Shown: piece by piece, positions 23,255 to 32,358 of the stretch
Numbering within the stretch: position 1 is the first letter of the stretch
How the letters are laid out: each line of letters starts with the position of its first letter
DNA from: an uncultured virus (IMG/VR IMGVR_UViG_3300034358_000003)
Taxonomy: Duplodnaviria > Heunggongvirae > Uroviricota > Caudoviricetes
IMG/VR virus record: IMGVR_UViG_3300034358_000003
DNA: 36,997 nucleotides
Direction: 5' to 3' (one strand)
The notes under the pieces: model-generated
Told to the model about the DNA's origin: nothing
What the model saw: the letters and a program-made list of their open reading frames with translations, nothing else
The model's database searches: none
Translations under genes and position numbers: made by a program

Positions 23255-24862
23255 ATGAGTAACTTCTTGATGCAACTGGCTACTGATGGTTACAAACTGG
23301 GTCACGGCCCTATGTACCGCAAAGGCACCACTGTTGTAGGCTCTAACCTGACACCACGTACTGACAAGATTCACCGCCGTAACTGCACCGCGTTCTACGA
23401 CGGCAAACTGGTTTGGGTTGGTGGTCAAGCTGCTGTACAAGAGCTGAACGAGAACTGGATTCGCACCTTCTTCACCCAGCCAAAGGCTCAAGTGATCGAA
23501 GAGTACGCTGAATTCCTGCTGGGTTATCTGGGTCGTGAGTTGCCGACCGTTGGTCAAATGGAAGCGCTGCACGATCTGGGCTACCTGCCACTGGAATTCC
23601 GTTCGCTGCCAGAAGGTTCGTTGGTTCCGATGGGTATCCCAGTACTGACCATCACAAACACGCTGCCTGAGTTCTTCTGGTTGGTTAACTACCACGAAAC
23701 TCCACTGTCCACTTCCACTTGGAAGACAGCAACCAACGCCACAATCGCACGTGAGTATCGTCTGATCTGTGAACACTATACCAAGCTGACTGGCTGCTAC
23801 GATGCCTTCACTGTTTCGGTTATGTGCCACGACTTCTCGATGCGTGGGATGAGCGGTATTGAAGACGCTGCACGTAGCGGTATCGGCCACTTGACTCAGT
23901 TCATCGGTACTGACACCCTGCCAGCAATCACCTATGCTAAGCACTACTACGATGCAACTGGCATGATTGGTATCAGCGTTCCAGCGACTGAACATGCTGT
24001 GACTTCGAACAACATTCTGTCCATTCTGGCAGAGCTGGAAGCTGGGGAGTACCAATTCCTAAGCAAAGAGCAAGAAGCCATTTACAACAAAATGGCATGT
24101 AATCTTGAAGATGATCGTCTGATTGCAGAAGTAATGTTCGTATACGATCTGATCACACGTATCGTTCCAGATGGCATTGTATCGAACGTCAGCGACACTT
24201 ACGACTTCTGGGGTATGCTCACTCGCGGGTATCCGTACCTGAAAGACGTGATCATGGCACGTGAAGGCTTTGGCCCACAACCGGGTAAACTGGTGGTGCG
24301 TCCAGACTCTGGTGATCCTGTTCTGGTTATCTGTGGTGACAAGTCGGCTCCTGTTGACAGCCCAGAGTATAAAGGTGCAATCCAGATTCTGTGGGAAACC
24401 TTTGGTGGCACTATCACTGAAACTGGTCACAAGCTGCTTGACTCGCATATCGGTCTGATCTATGGTGACTCGATTACTACCAAACGTGCTTTAGAGATTC
24501 TAAGCCGTTTGGCTGAACAGGGATACGCTGCTGCAAACGTTGTCTTCGGGGTTGGTAGCTACACCTACCAGTGCAACACCCGTGACACCTTCGGTTTCGC
24601 TGTGAAGGCAACCAACTCTGTCATCAGTGGTGACGAAGTGGCAATCTACAAAGACCCGAAGACTGACAGCAAGAAGAAAAGTGCCAAAGGTCGTCTGTTT
24701 GTCGATCTGGATCACGAACTGGATGGCTACCCATTCTCGCTGGAGGACAATGTGTCCGCTGCGAAGGAAGCTAGTGCAGAGAACATGCTGAAAGTGTTCT
24801 TCCGTGATGGCGTCTTCCTGAGCCGTGTCACTCTGGATGAGATTCGTACCCGCTCTGCATGA
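23255..24862 (+). CDS. Nicotinamide phosphoribosyltransferase-like protein (probable NARP1 Namat)
   Basis: TDGYKLGH, HDFSMRG, GTDT, SVPATEH, VSDTYD, VRPDSGDP, IYGD, TRDTFGFAVK motifs; AAGGAG RBS. Confidence 0.92.
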   Translation: MSNFLMQLATDGYKLGHGPMYRKGTTVVGSNLTPRTDKIHRRNCTAFYDGKLVWVGGQAAVQELNENWIRTFFTQPKAQVIEEYAEFLLGYLGRELPTVGQMEALHDLGYLPLEFRSLPEGSLVPMGIPVLTITNTLPEFFWLVNYHETPLSTSTWKTATNATIAREYRLICEHYTKLTGCYDAFTVSVMCHDFSMRGMSGIEDAARSGIGHLTQFIGTDTLPAITYAKHYYDATGMIGISVPATEHAVTSNNILSILAELEAGEYQFLSKEQEAIYNKMACNLEDDRLIAEVMFVYDLITRIVPDGIVSNVSDTYDFWGMLTRGYPYLKDVIMAREGFGPQPGKLVVRPDSGDPVLVICGDKSAPVDSPEYKGAIQILWETFGGTITETGHKLLDSHIGLIYGDSITTKRALEILSRLAEQGYAAANVVFGVGSYTYQCNTRDTFGFAVKATNSVISGDEVAIYKDPKTDSKKKSAKGRLFVDLDHELDGYPFSLEDNVSAAKEASAENMLKVFFRDGVFLSRVTLDEIRTRSA

Positions 24863-24868
24863 TGTATC

Positions 24869-24893
24869 GCCCCTCTTCGGAGGGGCTTCTTTT
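24869..24893 (+). terminator. Intrinsic terminator
   Basis: GCCCCTC-TTCG-GAGGGGC-TTCTTTT. Confidence 0.8.
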
Positions 24894-24907
24894 CAAAGGA
24901 GGTTAAG

Positions 24908-25033
24908 ATGGAATGGTTGTTCGGGTTGTTCGCCCTGTGTGCTGTTGGGGCTTTGATTGACGATATCCACTCAAAGTGGCACAAGCGTGAAATGGTTAAG
25001 GCTAAACACTACAAGGAGTTGATCTACACATGA
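24908..25033 (+). CDS. 41-aa membrane peptide, not in ORF track
   Basis: AGGAGG RBS; MEWLFGLFALCAVGALI. Confidence 0.6.
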   Translation: MEWLFGLFALCAVGALIDDIHSKWHKREMVKAKHYKELIYT

Positions 25034-25254
25034 AACTACTCTGCACGTACTTTGCTTCTGGCATCCGTTATCACTGGGGTCAAGAGGTTACGTTCCACAG
25101 GATTTTCCACGTAACTCATATTGGTCATGCTGATCCTGTGTGGGCTGCGAATTGGATTCAAAGTGAAGTTGAGAAGAAAGGTGGGAGCGTAGTCTTCACA
25201 CAGTTCAATATGGTTGGTGCGGCACAGGAGGTAAGTGATGACTTTGAAGTATAA
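25030..25254 (+). CDS. Hypothetical protein
   Basis: ATGA overlap, AGGAG RBS. Confidence 0.65.
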   Translation: MKLLCTYFASGIRYHWGQEVTFHRIFHVTHIGHADPVWAANWIQSEVEKKGGSVVFTQFNMVGAAQEVSDDFEV

Positions 25255-25720
25255 AGTTGGTGATATTGTGAACGCAATTCTGAGAGGTGAAGTGGTCGCA
25301 ATAGGCCATCAAGCCAACTGCTTCAACACGATGAATTCTGGTGTAGCTAAGGCCATCAAAGCTCGACTACCTTGTGCATGGGAAGCTGACCAGCTCACTT
25401 TGAAGGGTGATCTTGACAAACTTGGTGGAACCTCCATAGGCCAACTGCGTGATGAAGCTGGACAACCTACAGGATTGGTGTACAATCTCTACGGTCAGTA
25501 CAACTACGGTTACGACTCCAAAGGCTACACCAATTATGAAGCTCTACGTGGTGCTTTGATGCACATGCGTGATGACCTTCTAACTGGCAACAACCTCTGG
25601 AATGTTGGATTCCCTAAAATTGGTGCTGGACTTGGTGGTGGTGACTGGGATACAATTGCTCGCATCATTGATGAAGTATTCGATGACCGCTTCAACGTCA
25701 CCATCTACACACTGCAATAG
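25238..25720 (+). CDS. Macrodomain (ADP-ribose binding/hydrolase)
   Basis: GDI, HQANC...M.SGVAKAIK, NLYGQ, FPKIGAGLGGGDW motifs. Confidence 0.9.
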   Translation: MTLKYKVGDIVNAILRGEVVAIGHQANCFNTMNSGVAKAIKARLPCAWEADQLTLKGDLDKLGGTSIGQLRDEAGQPTGLVYNLYGQYNYGYDSKGYTNYEALRGALMHMRDDLLTGNNLWNVGFPKIGAGLGGGDWDTIARIIDEVFDDRFNVTIYTLQ

Positions 25721-25800
25721 GAGGCAAAAATGGCAACTGCAATCCTCGTAAGTCTTTCGATCTTCGCTGGCTGGCATCTTCGTAAGACGGTCAAAGGCTG

Positions 25801-25953
25801 ATGTATCGGGACGCTGTAGAATACAGACCGGGGCATTTCCTTGCCCCCGGTAGCCAAGCCTTAGAACTGTATAAGGCTGGCAAAATCAAAGAGCTTGAAG
25901 CTCTACTAAAACAAACTGACGCCGCTTGGCGTAAACTGGAGGGAAGATTATGA
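25801..25953 (+). CDS. 50-aa hypothetical protein, not in ORF track
   Basis: TGATG coupling to a 23-codon ORF (25730-25801) that has an AGGAGG RBS; overlaps next start. Confidence 0.55.
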   Translation: MYRDAVEYRPGHFLAPGSQALELYKAGKIKELEALLKQTDAAWRKLEGRL

Positions 25954-26249
25954 TCGACACCGCACTGAGTTTCCTGTTTAACTACTGGTCTGTAATTGCT
26001 GTAGCTTATGGTATTGTATACCTGACCTACGTGTTCTACTACCTGTATAGCATCCGCTTCAAAGAGGTTCGCCGTGTAACATCGCGTGACTTCAGTGAAG
26101 CCTGTGGTGAAGCTGTCTTCGGTCCATTCATCCTGCCATGCCGCATGATCGGTGACGCACTGTCCACTGTCAAGGTGAGCGTTCTGGCAATGGTGAACAT
26201 TGGTCTGCCAAAGGAAGTGGTTAAACCCGCTGACCGTTCGGTAATCTGA
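25950..26249 (+). CDS. Membrane hypothetical protein
   Basis: N-terminal hydrophobic helix; GGAGG RBS. Confidence 0.7.
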   Translation: MIDTALSFLFNYWSVIAVAYGIVYLTYVFYYLYSIRFKEVRRVTSRDFSEACGEAVFGPFILPCRMIGDALSTVKVSVLAMVNIGLPKEVVKPADRSVI

Positions 26250-26821
26250 TGAAGTGGTACACTGGGGTTGGCAGTCGTGAAACCCCAGCTAACATCCTGA
26301 AGCTGATGGAGAGCGTGGGCTTTGCCCTCGCTTCCCAAGGCTGGACACTGCGATCTGGAGGTGCTATTGGCGCTGACCAAGCTTTCGAGAAAGGAATGTT
26401 CCGCTCTGTGGGTTATGACCAGCCATACGGTTGGGTTCCTGCTGAGATTTACCTTCCTTGGGCTGGCTACGAAGACCATCACAGAGATACACATGGTGGC
26501 TTGAACATACTGCCAAGCTTTATCAAACTGGATGATGAACGTATTGCTGAAGGTATGGCAATGGCTGCTCATCCTGCATGGGAAGCTTGTAAGCAAGGTG
26601 CAAGGAAGATGCACACCAGAAACGTGTTCCAAGTCTTGGGAAAGACGCTTGACCAACCATCCAAAATGCTGATAGCATGGACACGGTTAGACAAACAAGG
26701 TAATCCAAAGGGCGGTACAGCGACAGCGATTAAGCTGGCACAAGAAAACGGAGTGGATGTCTTCAACTTGAATAAGCCTGAAGATTTCGCACGCATTGAC
26801 AAGTGGATTGGAGGTATGTGA
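26249..26821 (+). CDS. SLOG superfamily (DprA/Smf-like Rossmann) protein
   Basis: YTGVGSRETP, LRSGGA.GAD.AFE, RN..QVLG, GGT.TAI motifs. Confidence 0.8.
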   Translation: MKWYTGVGSRETPANILKLMESVGFALASQGWTLRSGGAIGADQAFEKGMFRSVGYDQPYGWVPAEIYLPWAGYEDHHRDTHGGLNILPSFIKLDDERIAEGMAMAAHPAWEACKQGARKMHTRNVFQVLGKTLDQPSKMLIAWTRLDKQGNPKGGTATAIKLAQENGVDVFNLNKPEDFARIDKWIGGM

Positions 26822-27069
26822 TGTCCCACGGTGGGATGACCGCTGAACAGGTTGAAGAGTACAGAAAATACCTTGAAAACCTCCGTGAGCAGTTCGTCCA
26901 AGGTGTCAACCTTCTGGATATGGACGACAAGCTTTATATACTCGACAAAATTGAAGAGGCTCGCTGGTTAACTGGCCCAACCTATAATCGTGGTGTACAT
27001 ATCCTATTTGATATGGTACAATATGTTGTAGAGGCGAGTTACGCCTCTCCGAATAGGAGATTCACATGA
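26821..27069 (+). CDS. Hypothetical protein
   Basis: GGAGG RBS, TGATG coupling. Confidence 0.65.
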   Translation: MSHGGMTAEQVEEYRKYLENLREQFVQGVNLLDMDDKLYILDKIEEARWLTGPTYNRGVHILFDMVQYVVEASYASPNRRFT

Positions 27070-27386
27070 CACAAAGAGTAATGGTTTACATCATCTGCCG
27101 TTTGGTGGAAGTAGCTAACGCTGGTACTGGTGCAATCGTTGATGACTGGTGGGTTGACTGTACGCAGAACGGAAGTTCTGATATTACAGCGATCAAGGCT
27201 GCTCGTAATGGTGCTGGTAACAACACCAAAACTTCTGTGACTCAGTACCACGTGTACTACGCAGATGGCGGGCACAACCGCTTCAAAGAAAGGTACTACC
27301 TAGCAGAAGAATTGGCCCTGTGGCCTTCTAACGCGTCGTTGCGTCCAGTTCCACTGGCCCCAACTCCAGAACTACTGCCAGCGTAA
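27066..27386 (+). CDS. Hypothetical protein
   Basis: AGGAG RBS, ATGA overlap. Confidence 0.7.
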   Translation: MTQRVMVYIICRLVEVANAGTGAIVDDWWVDCTQNGSSDITAIKAARNGAGNNTKTSVTQYHVYYADGGHNRFKERYYLAEELALWPSNASLRPVPLAPTPELLPA

Positions 27387-27391
27387 CACAT

Positions 27392-27421
27392 GGGCGTCCA
27401 GCGATGGGCGCCTATTTTATT
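27392..27421 (+). terminator. Intrinsic terminator
   Basis: GGGCGTCCA-GCGA-TGGGCGCCT-ATTTTATT. Confidence 0.65.
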
Positions 27422-27447
27422 GCCTAAAAGAAAGGAGCAACCATGTC

Positions 27448-27660
27448 ATGTGTAACTGCCAGCTATGCCAAGATATACGACACCTTAAAGATCGCGGTGT
27501 GTCAGAAGAATTTATGGATCGCTATCTCAATGAAGGTCTTGATGCAGAATACAACCAATCAGTGCTTGACGGCTCTTGGCCGACGAGTGTAGAATTACTC
27601 ACATCAGCACTTGAACGTGCTATCAAACGGAGAGAAGAAAATGTTTCCAGTAAAAATTGA
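27448..27660 (+). CDS. Hypothetical protein
   Basis: AAGGAG RBS; CNCQLC N-terminus. Confidence 0.65.
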   Translation: MCNCQLCQDIRHLKDRGVSEEFMDRYLNEGLDAEYNQSVLDGSWPTSVELLTSALERAIKRREENVSSKN

Positions 27661-28027
27661 AGGCAGTTTGTGGTATGAGTTCGACCAGAATAACTCCGGC
27701 GGTTACTTCGAAAGTGACGATTTTGTATCGGAGTTAGTGTATGTCCAAGCGATGAACTCTGACCAAGCTGAGGACATCATGCGTGAACTGATCGATAAGG
27801 CAGACGCTTGGAATTACTGTGAGTGCTGTGGTGAGCGTTGGAGTTTCTGGAATGTCAAGGGGCATGAAGTGCCTATGCGTTATGGGAAAGAAGTTTCTAA
27901 AGGGGTTGACCTGTTCCGTCGTGACGGGTATATTCTCTTCCACGGGCTGAATGGCCGCACACTGAAATGGAGTGGTAAACACAGTGACACCCCTACAGAA
28001 ATTGGCCGAATTGAGAAAGGAGAGTAA
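27641..28027 (+). CDS. Hypothetical phage protein (QNNSGG / CECCGERW family)
   Basis: GGAG RBS before ATG 27641. Confidence 0.75.
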   Translation: MFPVKIEGSLWYEFDQNNSGGYFESDDFVSELVYVQAMNSDQAEDIMRELIDKADAWNYCECCGERWSFWNVKGHEVPMRYGKEVSKGVDLFRRDGYILFHGLNGRTLKWSGKHSDTPTEIGRIEKGE

Positions 28028-28034
28028 ACCCACT

Positions 28035-29165
28035 ATGAGCACCGTATTCCAAAGAATGCAGACCACTGTGGCAGACTTGCCAGTACGAGGCGCTGCACCC
28101 GGCCATGCACCATCTTTTGTTGGTGTTATTGAGCCACGACACAGTGCATTCCCAGCAACAATTCGTGAAGCTGGGTTGCCAGCACGTAAGCTCCTCGTAT
28201 CTGATGAGGACATTGATCGCATCGGTGAGAACGTCTCCCGTGAGCTGGGTAACACCACTCAGAAGATCATCACCAAGATGTCTGTCGGTAAGTTTGAGGA
28301 ACTGGGTGCAATCCTGACTGTGATTGCGTCTGAAGCTGATAAGCTTGATCCTGCTTCCCTTCAGAAAGGTGGTATGGTGGGGTGGTTCCAGAATAAATTC
28401 AGTGACTTGAAGAATACTCTGACTATGCGTTTGTCGTCTGCACAGCAAGTGTTTGGTGATCTGGAAAATAAAATCTCCACGAATATCACCACTCAACAGC
28501 AGTGGATCACTGACATGGAAGGTTTGTATGGCGAGAACTACAACCACTATGGTAAGATCACCTCTGAGATGCGTGAAGTCCAAAACCTCATTGACACTTG
28601 CGAGTCCCAAGTGGCTGCGTGGCCTGAGATTGATCTTGATGGCCCTAATGCTGCAATGGAAGCTCAGATGGTGCGTGATGCTGAATCCAAGATTCACCGT
28701 CTGAAGCTGAAGCTGGACACCCTGTTGCGTCTGAAAACTATGACTGAAATCAACAGTCCACGTATTCGTCAGCAGCAAGAGTCGAGCCGTACAGCCGTCT
28801 CTACACTGAAAGGTATCATGATGAACATCCCAGTAATCATGATGGAGTTCGCTCTGTTCAAACAGACTCTGGACGTGAACACCAGCATTCAGCTTGTGAG
28901 CAATGTTCGGGATTTGACTGAAAAGTCCTTGCTTCAGGGTAGTGCTGGTGCTAAACTTGCTGCCATCAACAGTGCTAAGGCACTGGGTACTGCAACCATC
29001 TCGACTGAGACTCTGAGCACACTGCGTCAACGTGTTCTGGAGACTGTAACTGAGGTGCGTCAAATCGAGCGTGATGATGTTGCTCGATGCTCTACAGATG
29101 CAAAAGAGTTGTCGAACGGGCAGAAAAGTCTGTTGACAGCACTCAAACAAACCGGTACTATTTAA
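28035..29165 (+). CDS. Toxic anion resistance (TelA/KlaB-like) protein
   Basis: 376-aa coiled coil with PRIR.QQ...L...IP pattern; adjacent to Ter genes. Confidence 0.7.
   Translation: MSTVFQRMQTTVADLPVRGAAPGHAPSFVGVIEPRHSAFPATIREAGLPARKLLVSDEDIDRIGENVSRELGNTTQKIITKMSVGKFEELGAILTVIASEADKLDPASLQKGGMVGWFQNKFSDLKNTLTMRLSSAQQVFGDLENKISTNITTQQQWITDMEGLYGENYNHYGKITSEMREVQNLIDTCESQVAAWPEIDLDGPNAAMEAQMVRDAESKIHRLKLKLDTLLRLKTMTEINSPRIRQQQESSRTAVSTLKGIMMNIPVIMMEFALFKQTLDVNTSIQLVSNVRDLTEKSLLQGSAGAKLAAINSAKALGTATISTETLSTLRQRVLETVTEVRQIERDDVARCSTDAKELSNGQKSLLTALKQTGTI
29133..29161 (+). promoter_or_regulatory. sigma70-type promoter for vWA gene
   Basis: TTGACA-17-TACTAT. Confidence 0.6.
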
Positions 29166-29188
29166 CACATCAAAACAAAGGAGGATAT

Positions 29189-29839
29189 ATGAGTATGCCA
29201 ATGTTAGACTTGACCAAAGCTCTGGAATTGAATCTTGAGAAGGCTCAGATTTTCACACCAATCATCATGTCGGTAAAACTGGCAGTAGACAAATCTGGCA
29301 GCATGCAAGATGAGTTTGCATGTGGTTGGGTACAAGACACCCTCGACCTGTTCTTGGCTGCGGCCATGAAGTTTGACGATGACGGCAAGATGGAGATTGG
29401 TTTCTTCAACACTTCGTTTGACCGTACACCAGACATGACAGTGGACGACGCTCACACCTATATCCGTAACAAGGGTATCTCTGCTGGCGGCGGCACTAAC
29501 TTCGCAGATGCTATCGCTGGTCTGAAAGGTCAAGCAACCAAACGTGGTTTGTTCGGCTTCGGTGCGGCTAAACCTGTCACACCAACCTATCTGGCCCTGA
29601 TCACTGACGGCGAGAACAACGATAAGCGTGAATTTGAAGCTCAGCTTGATTCGCTGGAGAACACCTTCGTACAGATTGTTGCCATCGGTAACGGCTGTAA
29701 CAAGCGTTATCTGGATGCTGTGGCTGCGAAATACGACACTGTTGAAGTGCTGTATATCCCGAATCCAAAGGCTGTCGATCAGAACAAGTTTTATGAGCTG
29801 TTGCTGAACGAAGAATTTAAAGCCTTCGCAACCAAATAA
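29189..29839 (+). CDS. vWA domain protein (Ter-cluster type)
   Basis: MIDAS DKSGSM, FDDDG, GGT, ITDGE motifs; AGGAGG RBS. Confidence 0.85.
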   Translation: MSMPMLDLTKALELNLEKAQIFTPIIMSVKLAVDKSGSMQDEFACGWVQDTLDLFLAAAMKFDDDGKMEIGFFNTSFDRTPDMTVDDAHTYIRNKGISAGGGTNFADAIAGLKGQATKRGLFGFGAAKPVTPTYLALITDGENNDKREFEAQLDSLENTFVQIVAIGNGCNKRYLDAVAAKYDTVEVLYIPNPKAVDQNKFYELLLNEEFKAFATK

Positions 29840-29843
29840 ATAG

Positions 29844-29880
29844 TTGACAACATGAGGGCCAGTCGTTAAGATGGCCCCAC
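29844..29880 (+). promoter_or_regulatory. Repeat-family promoter 3 (terC)
   Basis: TTGACA-17-TAAGAT-GGCCCCAC. Confidence 0.7.
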
Positions 29881-29907
29881 ACAAACAAACTGAAAGAGGA
29901 AACAAAA

Positions 29908-30588
29908 ATGATGGAATTCTTCGCGATGCTCGACTGGGCTGCAATCTTCAAGATTACAATGATCGACTTGCTGCTTGGGTTGGACAACGCAATCGTAATC
30001 GCTCTGGCATGTGCTTCACTCGCTGTAAGTGTTCGTGGTAAGGCGATCCTTCTGGGTACTGCTGGTGCCATCGTACTGCGAGCTATCCTGTTGGTGTTTG
30101 CGACTTTCCTTCTGGGTATCCCGTTCCTGAAGTTGTTCGCTGGTGCTTACCTGATCTGGATTGGTTACTCGCTGTTGACTGGTCATGAAGAAGACCCAGA
30201 AGTTGCACAGAAATCCACAATCTGGGGTGCTGTCTGGACTATCATTGTAGCTGACTTCATGCTCTCGCTGGATAACGTAATGGCTGTAGCAGGTGCTGCT
30301 TCTAGCACTGGTGAACACTCGACTCTGTATGCAATTGCTGGTATCGTGTTGAGCATCCCAATCATTGTCTACGGTGCGAAATACCTGTCTGGTTTGATGG
30401 ATAAATTCCCAGTAATCATCTGGATCGGCGCTGCAATGTTGGGTGTGGTTGGTGCTGAAATGATTGTCTCTGATGCACACTTCGTTGAGTACATTGGTGA
30501 AGTTAACCACTGGATTGCAAAAGCTATTGGTGCTGGTATCGTTGTAGCGACTGCTTTTACTGCAAAGAAACTCAGCAAAACTGCTTGA
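29908..30588 (+). CDS. terC: TerC family membrane protein
   Basis: IDLLLGLDNAIVIA and IIVADFMLSLDNVMAVAG motifs; multiple TM helices. Confidence 0.9.
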   Translation: MMEFFAMLDWAAIFKITMIDLLLGLDNAIVIALACASLAVSVRGKAILLGTAGAIVLRAILLVFATFLLGIPFLKLFAGAYLIWIGYSLLTGHEEDPEVAQKSTIWGAVWTIIVADFMLSLDNVMAVAGAASSTGEHSTLYAIAGIVLSIPIIVYGAKYLSGLMDKFPVIIWIGAAMLGVVGAEMIVSDAHFVEYIGEVNHWIAKAIGAGIVVATAFTAKKLSKTA

Positions 30589-30621
30589 CACTCATCTGAA
30601 AAGGGGCCACAATGGCCCCAC
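30585..30621 (+). promoter_or_regulatory. Repeat-family promoter 4 (terD)
   Basis: TTGACA-17-CACAAT-GGCCCCAC. Confidence 0.65.
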
Positions 30622-30647
30622 ACAAACTACTAAAGAGGAACTTGATA

Positions 30648-31223
30648 ATGGAGCTTAACTTGAGCAAAGATACCCTGATGTTGGACCTGACCAAAGTTGC
30701 ACCTTCGCTGACCCGTCTGCGTGGCGCTCTGAACTGGAACCTGCACCCGATGGCAAGCAAAGGCCATGAATTTGACCTTGACATCTTCATGTTCCTGACC
30801 AGTAATGGCAGCATCCAAGGCGATATGAAGAACGTTTGCTTCTTCAACAACAAAGATTGCTACAATGGTGCTGTTGTTCTGCCACGTGATAACCGTAACG
30901 GTGCTGACGTTGAAGGTCAGGATGACGAAGAAATTCTGGTAGAGATTGGCAAGGTGCCAGCACACATCGACAAGATTGAACACTTCGTCTTCTTGCACGA
31001 TGCAATCACTCGGAACCAAGACTTCAGCATGATCGCTGGTGGTAGTTTTGATCTGTACGACCAAGACGACAACCTGCTGGCACAGTACAAGCTGCAACAG
31101 TTCGTAAACGGTACTGCACTTCACGTGGGTACTCTGCAACGCACTGGTAATGGTTGGGGCTTCCAGCCTGTTGGTGAGTCGGCTCAGGCCAACCCTAACG
31201 AGGTGTTGAAAGCCTTCGCATAA
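30648..31223 (+). CDS. terD: TerD family stress protein
   Basis: FDLD, FFNN, DNRNG...DDEEI, W.F..VGE motifs. Confidence 0.85.
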   Translation: MELNLSKDTLMLDLTKVAPSLTRLRGALNWNLHPMASKGHEFDLDIFMFLTSNGSIQGDMKNVCFFNNKDCYNGAVVLPRDNRNGADVEGQDDEEILVEIGKVPAHIDKIEHFVFLHDAITRNQDFSMIAGGSFDLYDQDDNLLAQYKLQQFVNGTALHVGTLQRTGNGWGFQPVGESAQANPNEVLKAFA

Positions 31224-31234
31224 CGTGTTACAAT

Positions 31235-31265
31235 AGCCCACTAGCTCACGCTCAGTGGGCTTTTT
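31235..31265 (+). terminator. Intrinsic terminator
   Basis: AGCCCACT...AGTGGGCT-TTTT. Confidence 0.75.
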
Positions 31266-31279
31266 AATAGGAGAAATAT

Positions 31280-31618
31280 ATGTTCTACACACCAGATGTA
31301 TACCGTCCAATCGGGCAAATCTCTGACTACAGCTACTGCCCTGTGATGAAGGCAAAGAGCATCAACTTCTACGTCAAAGACGTTCCAATGATCCTCGCTG
31401 AAGCCACCATGCACAACGCTCTGATGCTTTCCCTGCCTGTTGGCCTTCCTTACGGTGTTCGCACCCGTGTTTGGAGCCAGTTCTTCCCTGACACCATGTT
31501 TCTGGGTGAGATGGTGAGCTATAGCACCTACAATGAGCTTGGTGAAGCTGTTGAGCACATGATTCCGTATGCCGACTTCAACATGAAAGCTGTGCCTTGG
31601 GATGACATCATCGCATGA
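31280..31618 (+). CDS. Hypothetical protein
   Basis: AGGAG RBS. Confidence 0.75.
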   Translation: MFYTPDVYRPIGQISDYSYCPVMKAKSINFYVKDVPMILAEATMHNALMLSLPVGLPYGVRTRVWSQFFPDTMFLGEMVSYSTYNELGEAVEHMIPYADFNMKAVPWDDIIA

Positions 31619-31791
31619 CACTGCCAAGCCTTGACGAAAAACACCTCGCGGCACTGAAGAAACTACTTGCAGAAACTCACGATTTGGTAGAGAATACTGT
31701 CCACGTACAGTTTGATGCCGAAGGCCGGATGCACGTGACCGCGAAGAAAAATGGCGTAGTACGCCAAATCCAAATTGAAGGAGAGATTGAA
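31615..31791 (+). CDS. 58-aa hypothetical protein, not in ORF track
   Basis: ATGA overlap and TGAATG coupling; fills the gap exactly. Confidence 0.6.
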
Positions 31792-32186
31792 TGAAGATCA
31801 GGTCTATCGAAGAAACATCTTGGAACCGTAAAGATAGCTGGTATTCCAGCGGCTACGACGGCTTCGTTGTAACACTTGAGGATGACACCCAGATCAAAAT
31901 GGGCATCTCCAATGGACAGAACTGCTGTGAGCAGTGGGGTTATCTGATTTCAGAAGACGACCTCTCTGAGTTCGTTGGTGCTGAATACTTCAGTGTTGAA
32001 GCTGTAGGTGAGGCACTGGAACACGTAGCTGTTAAAGGTGGCTACGAAGGTGGGATTATGTTCATCAACATCAACACATCTGCGGGCGTACTTCAATTTG
32101 TGGCGTACAACGACCACAATGGGTATTACTCTCATCAAGCGGTGCTCATCGAAGATGGAACAGTCACACACTCTGAAAGTTTGTAA
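31791..32186 (+). CDS. Hypothetical protein (Q.CCE...HNGYYSH family)
   Basis: AAGGAG RBS. Confidence 0.8.
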   Translation: MKIRSIEETSWNRKDSWYSSGYDGFVVTLEDDTQIKMGISNGQNCCEQWGYLISEDDLSEFVGAEYFSVEAVGEALEHVAVKGGYEGGIMFININTSAGVLQFVAYNDHNGYYSHQAVLIEDGTVTHSESL

Positions 32187-32358
32187 CATCTGCGGGGCGG
32201 AAGAACCGCTCCCGTGGTTTGAACAACCAATGAATGAAGAGATTCGTGCTTACGCACGGTCTTACATCTCCCCAGTCAAGACATTCAACACTTCACTATG
32301 GGCTGAGCTTGAGGATTGGGGACTAACGGAGGGATTAGAACATGACAGCAATGATTAG
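32155..32358 (+). CDS. Hypothetical protein (CxxC), start uncertain
   Basis: Fills gap between neighbours, no clear RBS. Confidence 0.4.
   Translation: MEQSHTLKVCNICGAEEPLPWFEQPMNEEIRAYARSYISPVKTFNTSLWAELEDWGLTEGLEHDSND

Noticed and set aside
13367..31355. Long minus-strand ORFs (e.g. 13367-14491, 16456-17532, 21103-22128, 27993-29201)
   Set aside because: Antisense to well-supported genes; explained by codon bias
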